The notes under the pieces are model-generated. The model did not search any database and was not told the DNA's origin. It was given only the letters and a program-made list of their open reading frames with translations. A stretch of 64,000 nucleotides of DNA from NCBI GenBank assembly GCA_951406725.2, contig OX597838.1, forward strand, positions 10,540,001-10,604,000, written 5' to 3'. Below are positions 14,238 through 26,879 of the stretch, in pieces. A program made the translations under genes and the position numbers. This DNA comes from Octopus vulgaris (taxonomy: Eukaryota). Every line of letters starts with the position of its first letter. Within the stretch, counting starts at the first letter, position 1.

Positions 14238-14304
14238 GGTAGGATCAGTAGATTGCAAGTTACCAAGATTTTAACGTCATACATAATTTGATCCTTCGTT
14301 AATA

Positions 14305-14529
14305 TTTACCCTTTAACATTTAAACAAGTCATATCAGACCCAAATATTTTACTGGTTTTATGTTTAAACAGGCCAGATTCAACCTCTCACGCCTACCCTA
14401 CACAATGTCATTTCTAAAACAAACAAACAAACACATTATCTAAAATCTCAAAGATACAAGATTAATCCAAAACAATATGAATAAATAAGCATTACATTTG
14501 ACAGAGTAATCTGAATGCTAAGGAGTTAA
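14305..14529. mobile_element. piggyBac-type MITE, family E, opposite orientation
   Basis: Reverse complement of the neighbouring 14010-14237 copy; ends gctaaggagTTAA. Confidence 0.8.
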
Positions 14530-15034
14530 AGGGAGGTGGAAGGCCTCATTATGTTGTACATTAGTGATATAACCAATCTTACTAATGCTAAGTGACTAAA
14601 TAGGACAGAGAAGCCTCTGTTCTTTCTGTCTCAACATTAGTGCTCATCATACCTTTGAGAACCAGGTCAATTTCAAACTATTTGTGAGATATCAAAGTCA
14701 GTCAATGTTTGTTATTTTGTAATCTGCTCTGATACAGTCTGATGAATAAGAGGTTAGGATTAAAAGGGGAGAACAACTTCAATATCAGTTCAGTAAAAGT
14801 AGATGAATTTCTCAATATTTACTTAAGACACCCCCCCCCCCAAATAAAACAAAAAATCCAAAAAAAACCTGTAATGGGGTCAAAATACACAATAACTGAG
14901 GGTGTGGACAGAAACGGAGAACATGCTGAGTGAACACACAGCAGGACAACGCTTTGATATTGCCGCATTATTACACAATATTAGCTACTGATATTAAGAC
15001 TATTTATTATTCAAGTAAATAATATATAGTATGT

Positions 15035-15420
15035 GTGGAGGCGCAATGGCCTAGTGGTTAGGGCAGCGGACTCGCGGTCATAGGATCGCAGTTTCGATTC
15101 CCAGACCAGGCGTTGTGAGTGTTTATTGAGCGAAAACACCTAAAGCTCCACGAGGCTCCGGCAGGGGATGGTGGTGATCCCTGCTGTACTCTTTCACCAC
15201 AACTTTCTCTCACTCTTACTTCCTGTTTCTGTTGTACCTGTATTTCAAAGGGCCAGCCTTGTCACTCTCTGTGTCACGCTGAATCTCCCCGAGAACTACG
15301 TTAAGGGTACACGTGTCTGTGGAGTGCTCAGCCACTTACACGTTAATTTCACGAGCAGACTGTTCCGTTGATTCGGATCAACTGGAGCCCTCGTCGTCAT
15401 AACCGACGGAGTGCTTCCAC
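15035..15420 (+). mobile_element. tRNA-derived SINE, family C, full length
   Basis: A-box tggcctagtgg, B-box gtttcgattcc; TSD atatagtatgt at 15024-15034 and 15421-15431. Confidence 0.92.
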
Positions 15421-15977
15421 ATATAGTATGTATGCATATGAGTGTGTGTGTGCATGTGAGTGTGTGTGTGCAGACATTTGTGTATATGTGTATGCATATA
15501 TGTGTACACACACACACACACACACACTAATGAAGTTAAAAGAGAAACTACATGGAAAAGTCAAATTATTTTATATTACAATCCTATGAACTTAACACCA
15601 TTACAGTCAGTTTCTTGCAGTTTGTATAAGAGGCTTCCACACAGTTTCTACTAACCAATATCACTTGAAAGGCATTTATCAGCTGGAGGAAGAGGAAGAG
15701 AAACACTTGCCCAAGATTGTTAGGCAGTAGGATTTGAACCTAAAACCATAATACTGCATAGAGGGATACACATACCTATTTTTTTTTCTGAGATGAGTTA
15801 GGTGTGGCTGTGTGGTAAGAAGCTAGCTTCACGTGGTTTTGGGTTCAGTCCCACTGAATGGCACCTTGGGCAAGTGTCTTCTACTATAGCCTCAGGCCAA
15901 CCAAAGCCTTGTGAGTGGATTTGGTACATGGAAACTGAAAGAAGCTCATTGTGCATATATATATATATATATATATA

Positions 15978-16176
15978 TTCTTTACTACCCACAAGGAGCT
16001 AAACACAGAGAGGACAAACGGATTAAGTCGATTATATCGACCCCAGTGCGTAACTGGTACTTATTTAATCGACCCCGAAAGGATGAAAGGCAAAGTCGAC
16101 CTCGGTGGAATTTGAACTCAGAACGTAGCGGGAGACGAAATACTGCTAAGCATTTTGCCTGGCGTGCTAACGTTTC
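15978..16176 (-). mobile_element. Family B SINE inside the microsatellite of SINE A
   Basis: Reverse complement of the B core (gtcgactttgcctttcatcctttcggggtcg) and tail. Confidence 0.88.
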
Positions 16177-16293
16177 GTGTGTGTATTTATGCGTGTGTAT
16201 GTCCCTGTAACTTAGTTTGGCAAAAGAGACCGATAGAATAAGTACTAGGCTTACAAAGAACAAGTCCTGGGGTTGATTTCTTCAATTAACCCT

Positions 16294-16521
16294 TTAACCC
16301 TTTAGTGTTTAAACCGGCCATATCAGGCCAAAATTTTCTTCCTGTTTTATGCTCAAACCAGCCAGCTCTGACCTCTCACACCTACCCTACAAAGTCATTC
16401 TAAAAATAAACAGGGACATCATCAAAATCTCAGAGTCACAAGATGCTGTACAATTAATTTAAAACAATGTGATTAAACAGGCTTTACATCTGACAGATTA
16501 ATCTGAATGCTAAAGGGTTAA
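16294..16521. mobile_element. piggyBac-type MITE, family E
   Basis: TTAA ends; left end stuttered (ttaaccctttaaccct from 16286). Confidence 0.88.
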
Positions 16522-17405
16522 GGCAGAGCTCCAGCACGGTCGCAGTCAAATGACTGAAACAAGTAAAAGAATAAAAGAGTTAAAAAAAAAGGAATGCAGC
16601 CGGCGTGTTTTTCATTTATTCATCCTGAACGTGTTGTTGACACGATGTTTCTATAGGAAATCATCACCAAATCATTTGAATTGTTCTATATTGAATTTTT
16701 AAAATAGAATTAAAATGCTAAAAATGCCGTCTCTATTTGCAAAAGAAACAACCGAAGGAGCAGGGGAAAATTGATTAAGCACCATTTCTTGGTTATTTCT
16801 TATCCTCCCTTTTGTACGAGTTTATCTAATGCTCGTTAGATAATGTCAAATTTGAAATAAAGGAATGTTTTCACGATGTTTAATTTGCTGGATGGTCACA
16901 GAATTTCAATTGTATGAGTCTTTCACCAATAACATACCAAGGGGTTGAAATCCTGTTGCAGTCCACTTTTATTTTTATCATCTTTTAAGGATCAATAAAT
17001 AAAAAGAGCAACCTAGTGCTGGTGCAACCGTCTCCCCATCCAGCTACCACATCCGGGATGTTTCGGTGGGTAAGAACTGGAAGGATAGAAAGAGTGCCTG
17101 CAGCTGCCTGTGACTAAATAGGTTCCGTAAACAATTAGTGAAAAGCAGGACACATTCATGCCATCAGGCTGTATTTACATGCAAGTAATGGCTGTAATTA
17201 TGTGTGTGTGAGAGAGAGAAAGAGAGAGAGAGAGAGAGAAGTGTCACAAGCTAAAATCTATCTGTATCATTATTTAACAAGCTCTTCCCATGCTGGCATG
17301 GGTTGGAGGGCTTGACAAAAGCTGGTAAAATCAGAAGACTGCCCTCAGCTCTATCTGTTTTGGCATGATTTCTACAGCTGGGTGCTCTTCCTAATGCCAA
17401 CCAGT

Positions 17406-17447
<42 letters not shown>

Positions 17448-18392
17448 TCTCTCTCTCTCTCTCTCTCCTTGTTCCTGTTTTGGTGTGTCTGTACCCTCAG
17501 AACTTAGCAATTCTGCAAAAGAGACAGGCACAATAGATTTTATAGCAAGGCAGCAAGTAAAGTGCTTTATATCTCACAAAGTAAACATAGAAAAATAATA
17601 TTTTTCGATACCTCTGCCTCTCCAAGAATAAGTATGTCACAATAATATATAAAAAAAATAACCCATTTTTAGGGATCTGTTTTCCTTTCTTTCTTCATTC
17701 TCACAACAGGAGAGAAAGGCTTGGCAAAACCAATCTTGTGCTCCACCTACATTACCATGCAGTCAATGCTGGTGACTCTTCTATGCAAGAATTGGTCTTC
17801 AGAGTCATCGATGGGATCACCAAAAAGGAAGCGTTCAACAAAGAAGAAAATAAATTCTCAGATATGAGATAAAACCACCGCCAGCTTTAAAACAAAATAT
17901 TTTTAATCCAAATGTTATTACCATGAAAACAAAAAAAATTATACCTCACCCCCTAAAAGAAAAAAACAACAAAACCCTTGATTTTAGGAAATTTTAAAAA
18001 CATATTTATCTTAATTCTAGTGTGAAGCACTTAGAATGTATTTTTACTTTGACAACCACTTAATGCAACGTGGTGTATTGTGACAAGCACTTAATCCTTA
18101 ATCCTGTAGTTAAAACAATTGCCTTCCTGTCAATCTGAGAAATCGCCGAATTAACCCTCTTTAAACACTGCCTACGAAGCAAACTTTTTAACTTCACATT
18201 GGCAGGAAAACTAGTCTTCCTTGCTTTGCACTGGCACGTAGGATTTACACAATCTCTAGGCAAACAATCCAAAACTTGAGTGTATAGAAAATGCAGCAAG
18301 CCTTATTATAACAATGTTGCAACTTGTTAGACATGAAATGACTGAGTGTTCAGGAGATTGGACAAGTATTTTATGAGATATGAAGCCACATC

Positions 18393-18725
18393 AAGTACAG
18401 GCATTTTAGTTTGTGACTGGTCAGAATACTGATTCTCAAGTATACCTTAATTCAACTTTCCAAAAAGGGTAGATCTTCAGAAAGTGGTACTTTCATTAAA
18501 CTGGTGTTTAGCTCTTGCCTCCATAATATAGTAAGATCTGGAGAACTAAATACTAGCTTTTTGAGTGCTACAAGTTCATATCTAGTACAGACATTTTAGT
18601 TTTTGACTGGTTAGAATATCAATTCTCAAGTATACCTTAACTTTTCATAAACTGGTGTTGTAACTAAGAGAAGGTTTAGTTCTTGTCTCAATATCTGGAG
18701 AAGTAAACACTAGCTTTTTGAGTGC
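18393..18725. repeat. Diverged local tandem duplication (about 18393-18568 and 18583-18725)
   Basis: Shared blocks gtacag.cattttagttt.tgactgg, attctcaagtataccttaa, atctggagaa, actagctttttgagtgc. Confidence 0.85.
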
Positions 18726-19492
18726 CTGTGTCTTGTGGAAGCATTTATGATTTGCCCATATATAATATTTGTTCAACAAATATTTTAATTAGGTCATATG
18801 AAATACACTTCTGGTTTATAAACAACACAGTCCAGGAACTGCACACCTTATTTGTAAGAATATATAAAGAGAGAAAGAAAAACTCTGACGGTACTAAACA
18901 CTTGGACAAATTAAAATTAAATGAAATAGATATAGGAAGAAAACAAAAAAACAACAAACAAATAGTAATGAAAGATATCTTGTTTTCTTTTTCCTCTTGA
19001 AGAGATAATAAGCCACTTAGTAGTCAAGCTAGTAGACAGAATACAAACTTAGAGATCAGATATACTTAATAATAATGAGAGAAGAATGAGACTCTTTCAG
19101 TTGTATAGGCCTTATTACAAGTGGCTTGGGGTTAAGTATCAAAGGTTGGAATATTAAAATAAAAACCATCATCCTGTTTCTAAAGTGATGCTTTTTGATA
19201 TGCGTATGTTCCCACGTATCATCACAAACATGCTGATGATGATACTAAAATAATCATGTTAGAGAAATAAAAAAAAAAAAAATTAAAAATCAGGATATAC
19301 AAAACATTTTTTTTTTAACAAAAGGAAAAGTAGCTAAACTACTTGACTTGGTAAATCACAAAAGCAAGAGAAGTTAATCCTTTCGCAAGTCACAAGAGCT
19401 TATAAAAGCCTTTTGCTTTTATAAGTTCTACTTTTTATAATGTCAAACAAGTGAAAAATTAATTTTTCATCAGATAGGACATTAGTCTAGCA

Positions 19493-19720
19493 GCGGCGAG
19501 CTGGCAGAAACGTTAGCATGCCGGGCGAAATGCTTAGCGGTATTTCGTCTGCGTTATGTCGTGAGTTCAAATTCCGCCGAGGTCGACTTTGCCTTTCATC
19601 CTTTCGGGGTCGATAAATTAAGTACCAGTTACGCACTGGGGTCGATGTAATCAACTTAATACCTATGTCTGTCCTTGTTTGTCCCCTCTATGTTTAGCCC
19701 CTTGTGGGTAATAAAGAAAT
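19493..19720 (+). mobile_element. tRNA-derived SINE, family B, full length
   Basis: Head gcggcgagctggcagaaacg, B-box gagttcaaattcc, core gcctttcatcctttcggggtcgataaa (recalls the Nin/Deu SINE domain; unverified), tail gtcccctctatgtttagccccttgtgggtaataaagaaat. Confidence 0.9.
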
Positions 19721-20109
19721 AGGTATAACTTTCCCAGAAGGACTGGAATTTCATCTGTTCTTAAGCTAAGTCTTGAAATGCCTGAAGCAGGATCAGAACT
19801 CTCAATCAACGAACCGATATTTTAGATATCTTATCCACACCACCTTTCTTGGTAAGAAGGGGCCCAGGCAAAGGTTTCTGCAATGTGCTACTGAACAAAT
19901 TCAACAGAATATTGATGCACCGTAGTGAGAGAAAAGAAGCAGGATTTAATCCCAGGGTAACACAGCAAATTTTCACATTGAAAAACACTGTGGAACAATG
20001 AACAGAATTCTAGCAGGTCTTGTCAATTAGATTCATGGACTGCAAAAAGATATTTGACAACATTCATTGGGAACTACTATGGAAGATTGCTCAAGTTTGA
20101 GCTGGTTAG

Positions 20110-20340
20110 GGCGGCGAGCTGGCAGAATCGTTAGCACGCCGGACGAAATGCTTAGCAGTATTTCGTCTGCCGCTACGTTCTGAGTTCAAATTCTGGCGAG
20201 GTCGACTTTGCCTTTCATCCTTTCGGGGTCGATTAAATAAGTACCAGTTATGCACTGGGTTCGATGTAATCAAATTAATACGTAAGTCTGGCCTTGTTTG
20301 TCCCCTCTATGTTTAGCCCCTTGTGGGTAATAAAGAAATT
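20110..20340 (+). mobile_element. Family B SINE
   Basis: Near-identical to 19493-19720; sits in the RTE fossil just before its GIP codons. Confidence 0.9.
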
Positions 20341-21029
20341 GGTATCCCCAAACGCTATCTAAATATCATCAAAAATCTTCACAAAAACTCTGGCTGCTGT
20401 GTCAGGACAACTTCTTTTTTAGCATCATGACTGGCATCTGTCAGTGCTACATCCTCTCACCCCGTCTCTTTCTGCTAGCAATCAATTTGGCAATGACAAA
20501 GATAACTAATCAGAGCACTGCAGGACTTTCAAGAAGTAATATGGAAAAGCATTGTAATCTGACTTTTGGCAAAGACATTTCACTGCTAGTAGAAACCGGA
20601 TCTGAGCTGCAAGTGGTAATGACCTAGTTCAAGGAACAAGTAAGACATATATCAAATACAAAAGCAGCTGTGAGAAGACAGGTGATGCAGGTTGAGGAAG
20701 ACAGCAGGTTGAGGAAGATGCGGACAATCTCTCCTGTGGCGTATGTAATTAGAAGTGATGGAAGAATAGAAAGTGTTGTGAAGAGCAGAATTGGCAAAGA
20801 AGGGGCCATGCTCTAGCGTACGTCCCAAATGTGGACAACTACAAGCTTCAGTAGTGCAAGGAAGGTGCAGTTACAAAGTATAATAGTTGTGCCAACAGTT
20901 GTGTGTGGCAGTGAAATAACAGCAAAGGCAGAAGCTGGACATATTTCACCAATGATATTGACAGACCGTCAAAATTACTTGATAAGATAGAATTAGAAAT
21001 AAGGACATCCTTCAGGGAAGCAAAATACC

Positions 21030-21472
21030 TATTTCTTTACTACCCACAAGGGGTTAAACACAGAGAGGACAAACAAACGGATTAAGTCGATTACATCGAC
21101 CCCAGTGCGTAACTGGTACTTAACCCTTTAGCATTTAAACCGGCCATATCCGGCCAAAAGTATTCTGCCTGTTTTATGTTCAGACTGGCCAGATCTGGTC
21201 TCTCACACCAACCCTACAATATCGTTTTAAAAATTAACAGCTACCTCATCAGAATCTCATAGCTACAAGATTAATGAATGATTAGTTCAAAACAATGTGG
21301 ATGAAAAAGCATTAATTTTGGCAGAATAATGTGGACACTAAAGGGTTAATTTATCGACCCCGAAAGGATGAAAGGCAAAGTTGACCTCGGCGGAATTTGA
21401 ACTCAGAACGTAATGGCAGACGAAATACGGTTACGCATTTCGCCCGGCGTGCTAACGTTTCTGCCAGTTCGC
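21030..21472 (-). mobile_element. Family B SINE carrying a nested MITE
   Basis: TSD agcaaaatacc at 21019-21029 and 21473-21483. Confidence 0.9.
21120..21349. mobile_element. piggyBac-type MITE, family E, inserted at the internal TTAA of SINE B
   Basis: TTAA duplicated; SINE sequence ggtact-taa-tttatcgacc is restored on removal. Confidence 0.92.
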
Positions 21473-21923
21473 AGCAAAATACCAGCAGCAGCTACACCTG
21501 CAGGACATTGTGGCCTGCATAGGCCACATAGGCAAGCAACAACTATAATGATGTTGACACCGGAAGGAAGAAAACACAAAAAAGGGCTGGTTCAAGGACA
21601 GTTAGTGCCAGACATTCCAGGAAGTCCTCGAATGAATGAGGACAGCTGGTCAGGAGTAGAGAAAACTATGGCAGATGGAGCGAGCACACAGGCAGAAGCT
21701 TACTGCTTTATATATCTCACACCGTGGGAAGACTTAAGTAAAACTAAGTCCATCTCCAGAATCATCTCATCCACAAATGCTATTGTTTGTGAACAAAGCA
21801 TCAAATATTGCAACATCACTTTTCTCCGTTCCTCTAATAAGGAAATCATACTCACAGCTGCACTGCACCATCTGTAATGATAACGATCTCTGACTTTGGA
21901 CACAGAAATATGACATTTTAGCA

Positions 21924-22309
21924 GTGGAGGCGCAATGGCCCAGTGGTTAGGGCAGCGGACTCGCGGTCGTAGGATCGCGGTTTCGATTCCCAGACCGGGC
22001 ATTGTGAGTGTTTATTGAGCGAAAACACCTAAAGCTCCACGAGGCTCCGGTAGGGGATGGTGGTGATCCCTGCTGTACTCTTTCACCACAACTTTCTCTC
22101 GCTCTTACTTCCTGTTTCTGTTGTACCTGTATTTCAAAGGGCCGGCCTTGTCACTCTCTGTGTCACGCTGAATATCCCTGAGAACTACGTTAAGGGTACA
22201 CGTGTCTGTGGAGTGCTCAGCCACTTACACGTTAATTTCACGAGCAGGCTGTTCCGTTGATCGGATCAACCGGAACCCTCGTCGTCGTAACCGACGGAGT
22301 GCTTCCACC
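21924..22309 (+). mobile_element. Family C SINE, full length
   Basis: Near-identical to 15035-15420; TSD acattttagca/acattttggca. Confidence 0.92.
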
Positions 22310-22799
22310 ACATTTTGGCAATGAAGTAGAGTTCATTTAATTGACCTCACTATCTTATGGACTCCAAAAATATGAAAGATAAAGCAGACCCAAAGAGGAT
22401 TTGAACTCAAAAACATAAGAAATATGTCAGGTACTTTAACAATTCTGCTACTCACTACCTTTCCTTTATAATGATGATGATGATACCTTTTCTCAAAGCA
22501 AGGCTTTTCCTATAAAGGAAGATGTATAGATAACAAGTTCAGAACATTATTAGTGCCTATTTTATCAACTTTAGAGGGTAGCCACCCCATCTCTATCAGA
22601 GGTGCATAAGTCTGAACTTAGGAATATAAGATGGTACTGAAATACATCCTGTAAACTGTCTAATCTGGTTACAGTTGTAACAACCTCATTGCATTTGACT
22701 AAGTAAAGGAATCTTTCAATGGTTGCTCAATCTGCTAGAACAGCAATCAAATTCCTCTCAAATCACATCTGCTATCTTGGCAAAAAAAAAAAAAATGCT

Positions 22800-22954
22800 T
22801 GTGGTAAGTAGCTTGCTAACCAACCACATGGTTCCGGGTTCAGTCCCACTGCGTGGCACCTTGGGCAAGTGTCTGCTGCTATAGCCCCGGGCCGACCAAT
22901 GCCTTGTGAGTGGATTTGGTAGACGGAAACTGAAAGAAGCCTGTCGTATATATG

Positions 22955-22987
<33 letters not shown>

Positions 22988-23190
22988 TTGTGTTTGTCCT
23001 CCTAGCATTGCTTGACAACCGATGCTGGTGTGTTTACGTCCCCGTCACTTAGCGGTTTGGCAAAAGAGACCTATAGAATAAGTACTGGGGTTACAAAGAA
23101 TAAGTCCCGGGGTCGATTTGCTCGACTAAAGGCGGTGCTCCAGCATGGCCGCAGTCAAATGACTGAAACAAGTAAAAGAGTAAAAGAGTA
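22800..23190 (+). mobile_element. Family A SINE
   Basis: Near-identical to 3064-3460; slightly 5'-truncated. Confidence 0.92.
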
Positions 23191-24149
23191 AGAAAAAAAA
23201 AACATTCTTCCTCTTCCCTTTTTGACAATGATAAATACATTCTCATCTAACAGAGATGAACGATACAAATATATTGAACATATTGAACAGCTATTAGCAG
23301 ACAACACTTTAAAGAATAATAATTAATGAGAAACAAAATACATTAAGAATTAAAAGATTGAATGAAAGAATATGACAAAGTAGTTCTGAAGACTGATGCA
23401 ATTTTAGATCCAAACTAAAGGATAGTTTAATGACAATATTATTAGATTAAATAATCTGTCTCCACATCAAATGGATTTAAATGTTCGCAAATAAATTCTT
23501 AATTCTTATGTGGGAAGAAAATCATCCCTTCAAGAGATAAAGCAAATGGCAATTTAATAATATATTAACATTAGTTCTGACTTTACAAAGACAAAAAGGT
23601 TAATTGAAATGAAAATAATGCTCTGAGAATAGTAATGGATATTTTTAGTAACAAATTGGAATAAATGTTCTGTGGCTGAAGTCACAGTGTAAAATAAAAT
23701 AAAATAAAATAAAATAAAATCAAAACAAAATAAAAATAAATACACACATAATGAACTGATGAAATAAAACATTGATTAAAATGATTCAAAACAACAAATT
23801 TCCAAATTTGATGAACAGATAAAGAAAAAATATAAAGAAATAAAAGAAAATTAAATGTAAATAAAACATTAAAAAGTAACAAAACAAAGGGGAAAAAAAA
23901 ATCAAACAAAAAAATCTCAAATTATTATTACAAAATAGATTAGATTAATTTATATTTAACACATTCACAGCCATTGTTTGCTTTCAGAAAAGTGCCATTG
24001 CTAACATTGAAAGCAATTATTTTATTTACAATAATTACAATTCAAACCAAAAAATACATGTGTATAAAAGAAAGAAGAAGAAAAAAATCTCTGCCCCTGC
24101 GGAACAGCTGATCTTGGCTTCAAGTCTGCATCCAAGGTGATAGAAACAT

Positions 24150-24410
24150 TGCCACGAAGCATGCCAGTGGCATGTAAAAGGTCACTCATGCTGGTGTCAC
24201 ATAAAAAGCACTCAAGCCGGTGGCATGTTAAAAGCATCCAGCACACATTATAAAGTGGTTGGCATTAGGAAGGGCAGGGCCATCCAGCTGTAGAAACCAA
24301 GCCGAATCAGACTGGAGGAACCTGGTGCAGCTTGCCAGCTCTAGTCAAACCGTCCAACCCATGCCAGCATGGAAAATGGACATTAAATGATGATGATGAT
24401 GTTGATGATG
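24150..24410 (+). mobile_element. Family D retroposon, older copy
   Basis: ggcattaggaagggc core and (GAT)n tail. Confidence 0.78.
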
Positions 24411-24560
24411 AATAGCTTGTGATAGCCTTCCTCTGGTGCAACACCCCCAACTTGATTACTTAAAGGACAGTGGTAGTTCAGGGATAGGGGACATAAGATG
24501 TTTTAGCTAGTGACCAGTACAACCAGAGAATCACCTCGTTAATGACTGGCATTTATTCAT

Positions 24561-24701
24561 CATCGGCAAAAGAGACCAATAGAATAAGTACTGGGCTTAC
24601 AAAGAATAAGTCCAAGTCCTGGGGTCGATTTGCTCGACTCAAGGCGGTGCTCCAGCATAGCCGCAGTCAAATGACTGAAACAAGTAAAAAAGAGTAAAGA
24701 G
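24561..24701 (+). mobile_element. Family A SINE 3' fragment
   Basis: Matches the A tail. Confidence 0.85.
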
Positions 24702-25469
24702 TTGCCTTTATGTGGCTCACACAAGTGAAAACTGAGATGCAGAGTAATTCTGATGTGTGTGCACTCATTGTCAACGAAGAAGGTTCTGTGTTTGGCCAAG
24801 CATTGCTGATTAGCTGTGTGGCTGTCTGAAGTGAGATGAGAAGGTGCTTGTTGGTCAAGGGATGCTAGCAAATAATTATATTTCTTGAGAAACTGAAAAC
24901 TCTTCAGCTAGAACTTTAGAATTATCATCTGCCAAATTTCCAATTACAATCAGGTGTAAAGCAAAATTTCGTCCTTGACAGTGAATGTGTTAAGAATAAG
25001 TGAAAGGAAAAGTTAAGTTAAAAAACAAGTATTAAAGTCATTAATTTTGTCATTTATTATATATATTTAAGTTGAAAAAAAAAAAGAAATTTTTGATTTT
25101 CATGTTTCATTCAAAATTTTAAATATTCTGAACTGTAATTTGCATGGAAGACAAAAAACGTTAAAAAAAACGTATAATTTCAAATTTTAACCCTTTTATA
25201 CTAATAAAATATAATTGTAGAACCTCATGGATAATTATATGTTATTTCTGTGAAATGACAGTCTCACGGAGAAAATTGCTTGGCAGGCATTTGAATGAGG
25301 TCAAACTACTTAATAGAAATTCCATAATAGAAATTGCTTCATAAAAAAAAAAAAATAGGAAAATTTGACAATTTCAAGAGATAAAAAAAAAAAAAGGGAA
25401 AAACATGGAAGTTTGGCATAGCTGGCTTTTAAGCACTCTTAATAAAAATTTGTTCAAAAATTTAGCTTA

Positions 25470-25512
<43 letters not shown>

Positions 25513-26595
25513 GACAAGATCAGTGGAAGCCAACTTTGGGTTTGAGGGAGAGGGTTGGACTTTCACTTGACAACATAGTTTGAATTAGTTCCCTCACCCC
25601 TCCACCCCATCCACCCCCCACATCATTTCTATGAATTTGAACACTTTATTGGCATTTGATTTTTCAGTTGAAATAAATTTTGTTGAAACAGTTGATTTTC
25701 TTGAAGAAAATCTTGAGGATTGATTAGCAAGGAGGAGGAGGAGGAGGAGGAGGAGGAAGAAGAAGAAGAAAAAAAGAGCAGAAAAGAGATTTAAGAAAAA
25801 AAAAAAAAAAAAAGACAAGACTCAAAGTAATGAAGAGTTAGTCAAAATTAGTCAATGACTCTGAAATGATTATTAACACTCATTGAATTTGAACTGCAAA
25901 AGTTATGAAGCCAAGGGGATAAGGATTAAGGGAGCGCACAGCAGAAAGATGTCATAACAAATGACCAGAACAATCAACAGATTGTTAAAATGACACTTAG
26001 TTGAGAAATTTAAGAGAGAAAGAAGAAAACAGAGAGATAGACGGACAGACAGACAGAAAGGGAGATTAAAGAGAGAGACCAAAGGTTAAAGAAAAATTAA
26101 TTGATGTACACATGCGGCAGAAAAACCGTCTCACCGTGGGCGGCATTTTGATAAGAATCGTATAGAATTCAGAATTTTTCGGATTTTTTTCAGTGATTTT
26201 GATCTGCAATAATAGTTAGATGCAAATAATGACCAATGTCAATTAGACATTTCTACTGTTCATGCAATGCAATCAATTTGACAGAAGAGACTTAAAAGTG
26301 CTAATTAAGCACTCCATTTCTTAGGTAAAAGTTAAAAAAAAAAAAAAAAACTAATACAAAGGAATGCCCTGCTACTCTTGATTACAGGTCACCGAGTTGG
26401 TTCACTGATATTGGTCCATCAATCAGGGATCAGAAGAATTCGCAAATGCAAACCTAGAGTGCACAGAAACTGAAGAAGATTTTCTGTAAATATTAACACA
26501 ATGCAATTAAGATTAGAAAAGAAAACAATTATTCAAATAATTCGCTTGAAACTACTGACATACTCATTTGCAACTAATTGGAAAACAATATTTTA

Positions 26596-26651
<56 letters not shown>

Positions 26652-26652
<1 letters not shown>

Positions 26653-26879
26653 TTTATTTAAAGCAGCAAAAATTCAACAAAATCTGTTACTCTGAGTTTC
26701 TCGTTGCCGTTCATCAGACAGTTTTTGCTAGAAAAAACTGTCTGATGAACGGCAACGAGAAACTCAGAGTAACAGATTTTGTTGAATTTTCTGCTGCTTT
26801 AAATAAAGCATATTACTCTACCACTGGTATTTGAGTACTCTTTTTTTCCACCTTGTTTCACATTTATGTGTTTACTCCG

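Larger units (their letters stand above)
15800..16580 (+). mobile_element. Family A SINE interrupted by SINE B and a MITE
   Basis: A head about 15800-15950; A tail about 16180-16285 and 16522-16580. Confidence 0.85.
19860..21720 (+). pseudogene. Decayed RTE-clade LINE reverse transcriptase, interrupted by two B SINEs
   Basis: Fragments QQIFTLKNTVEQ..FMDCKKIFDNIHWELLWKI, GIPKRYLNIIKNL, GICQCYILSPRLFLLAI; many stops and frameshifts. Confidence 0.82.

Noticed and set aside
21413-21877. 154-aa ORF
   Set aside because: Chimeric read-through of antisense SINE B, RTE debris and flank.
21924-22000. tRNA gene
   Set aside because: A and B boxes are present but there is no full cloverleaf; it continues into a SINE body with a TSD.
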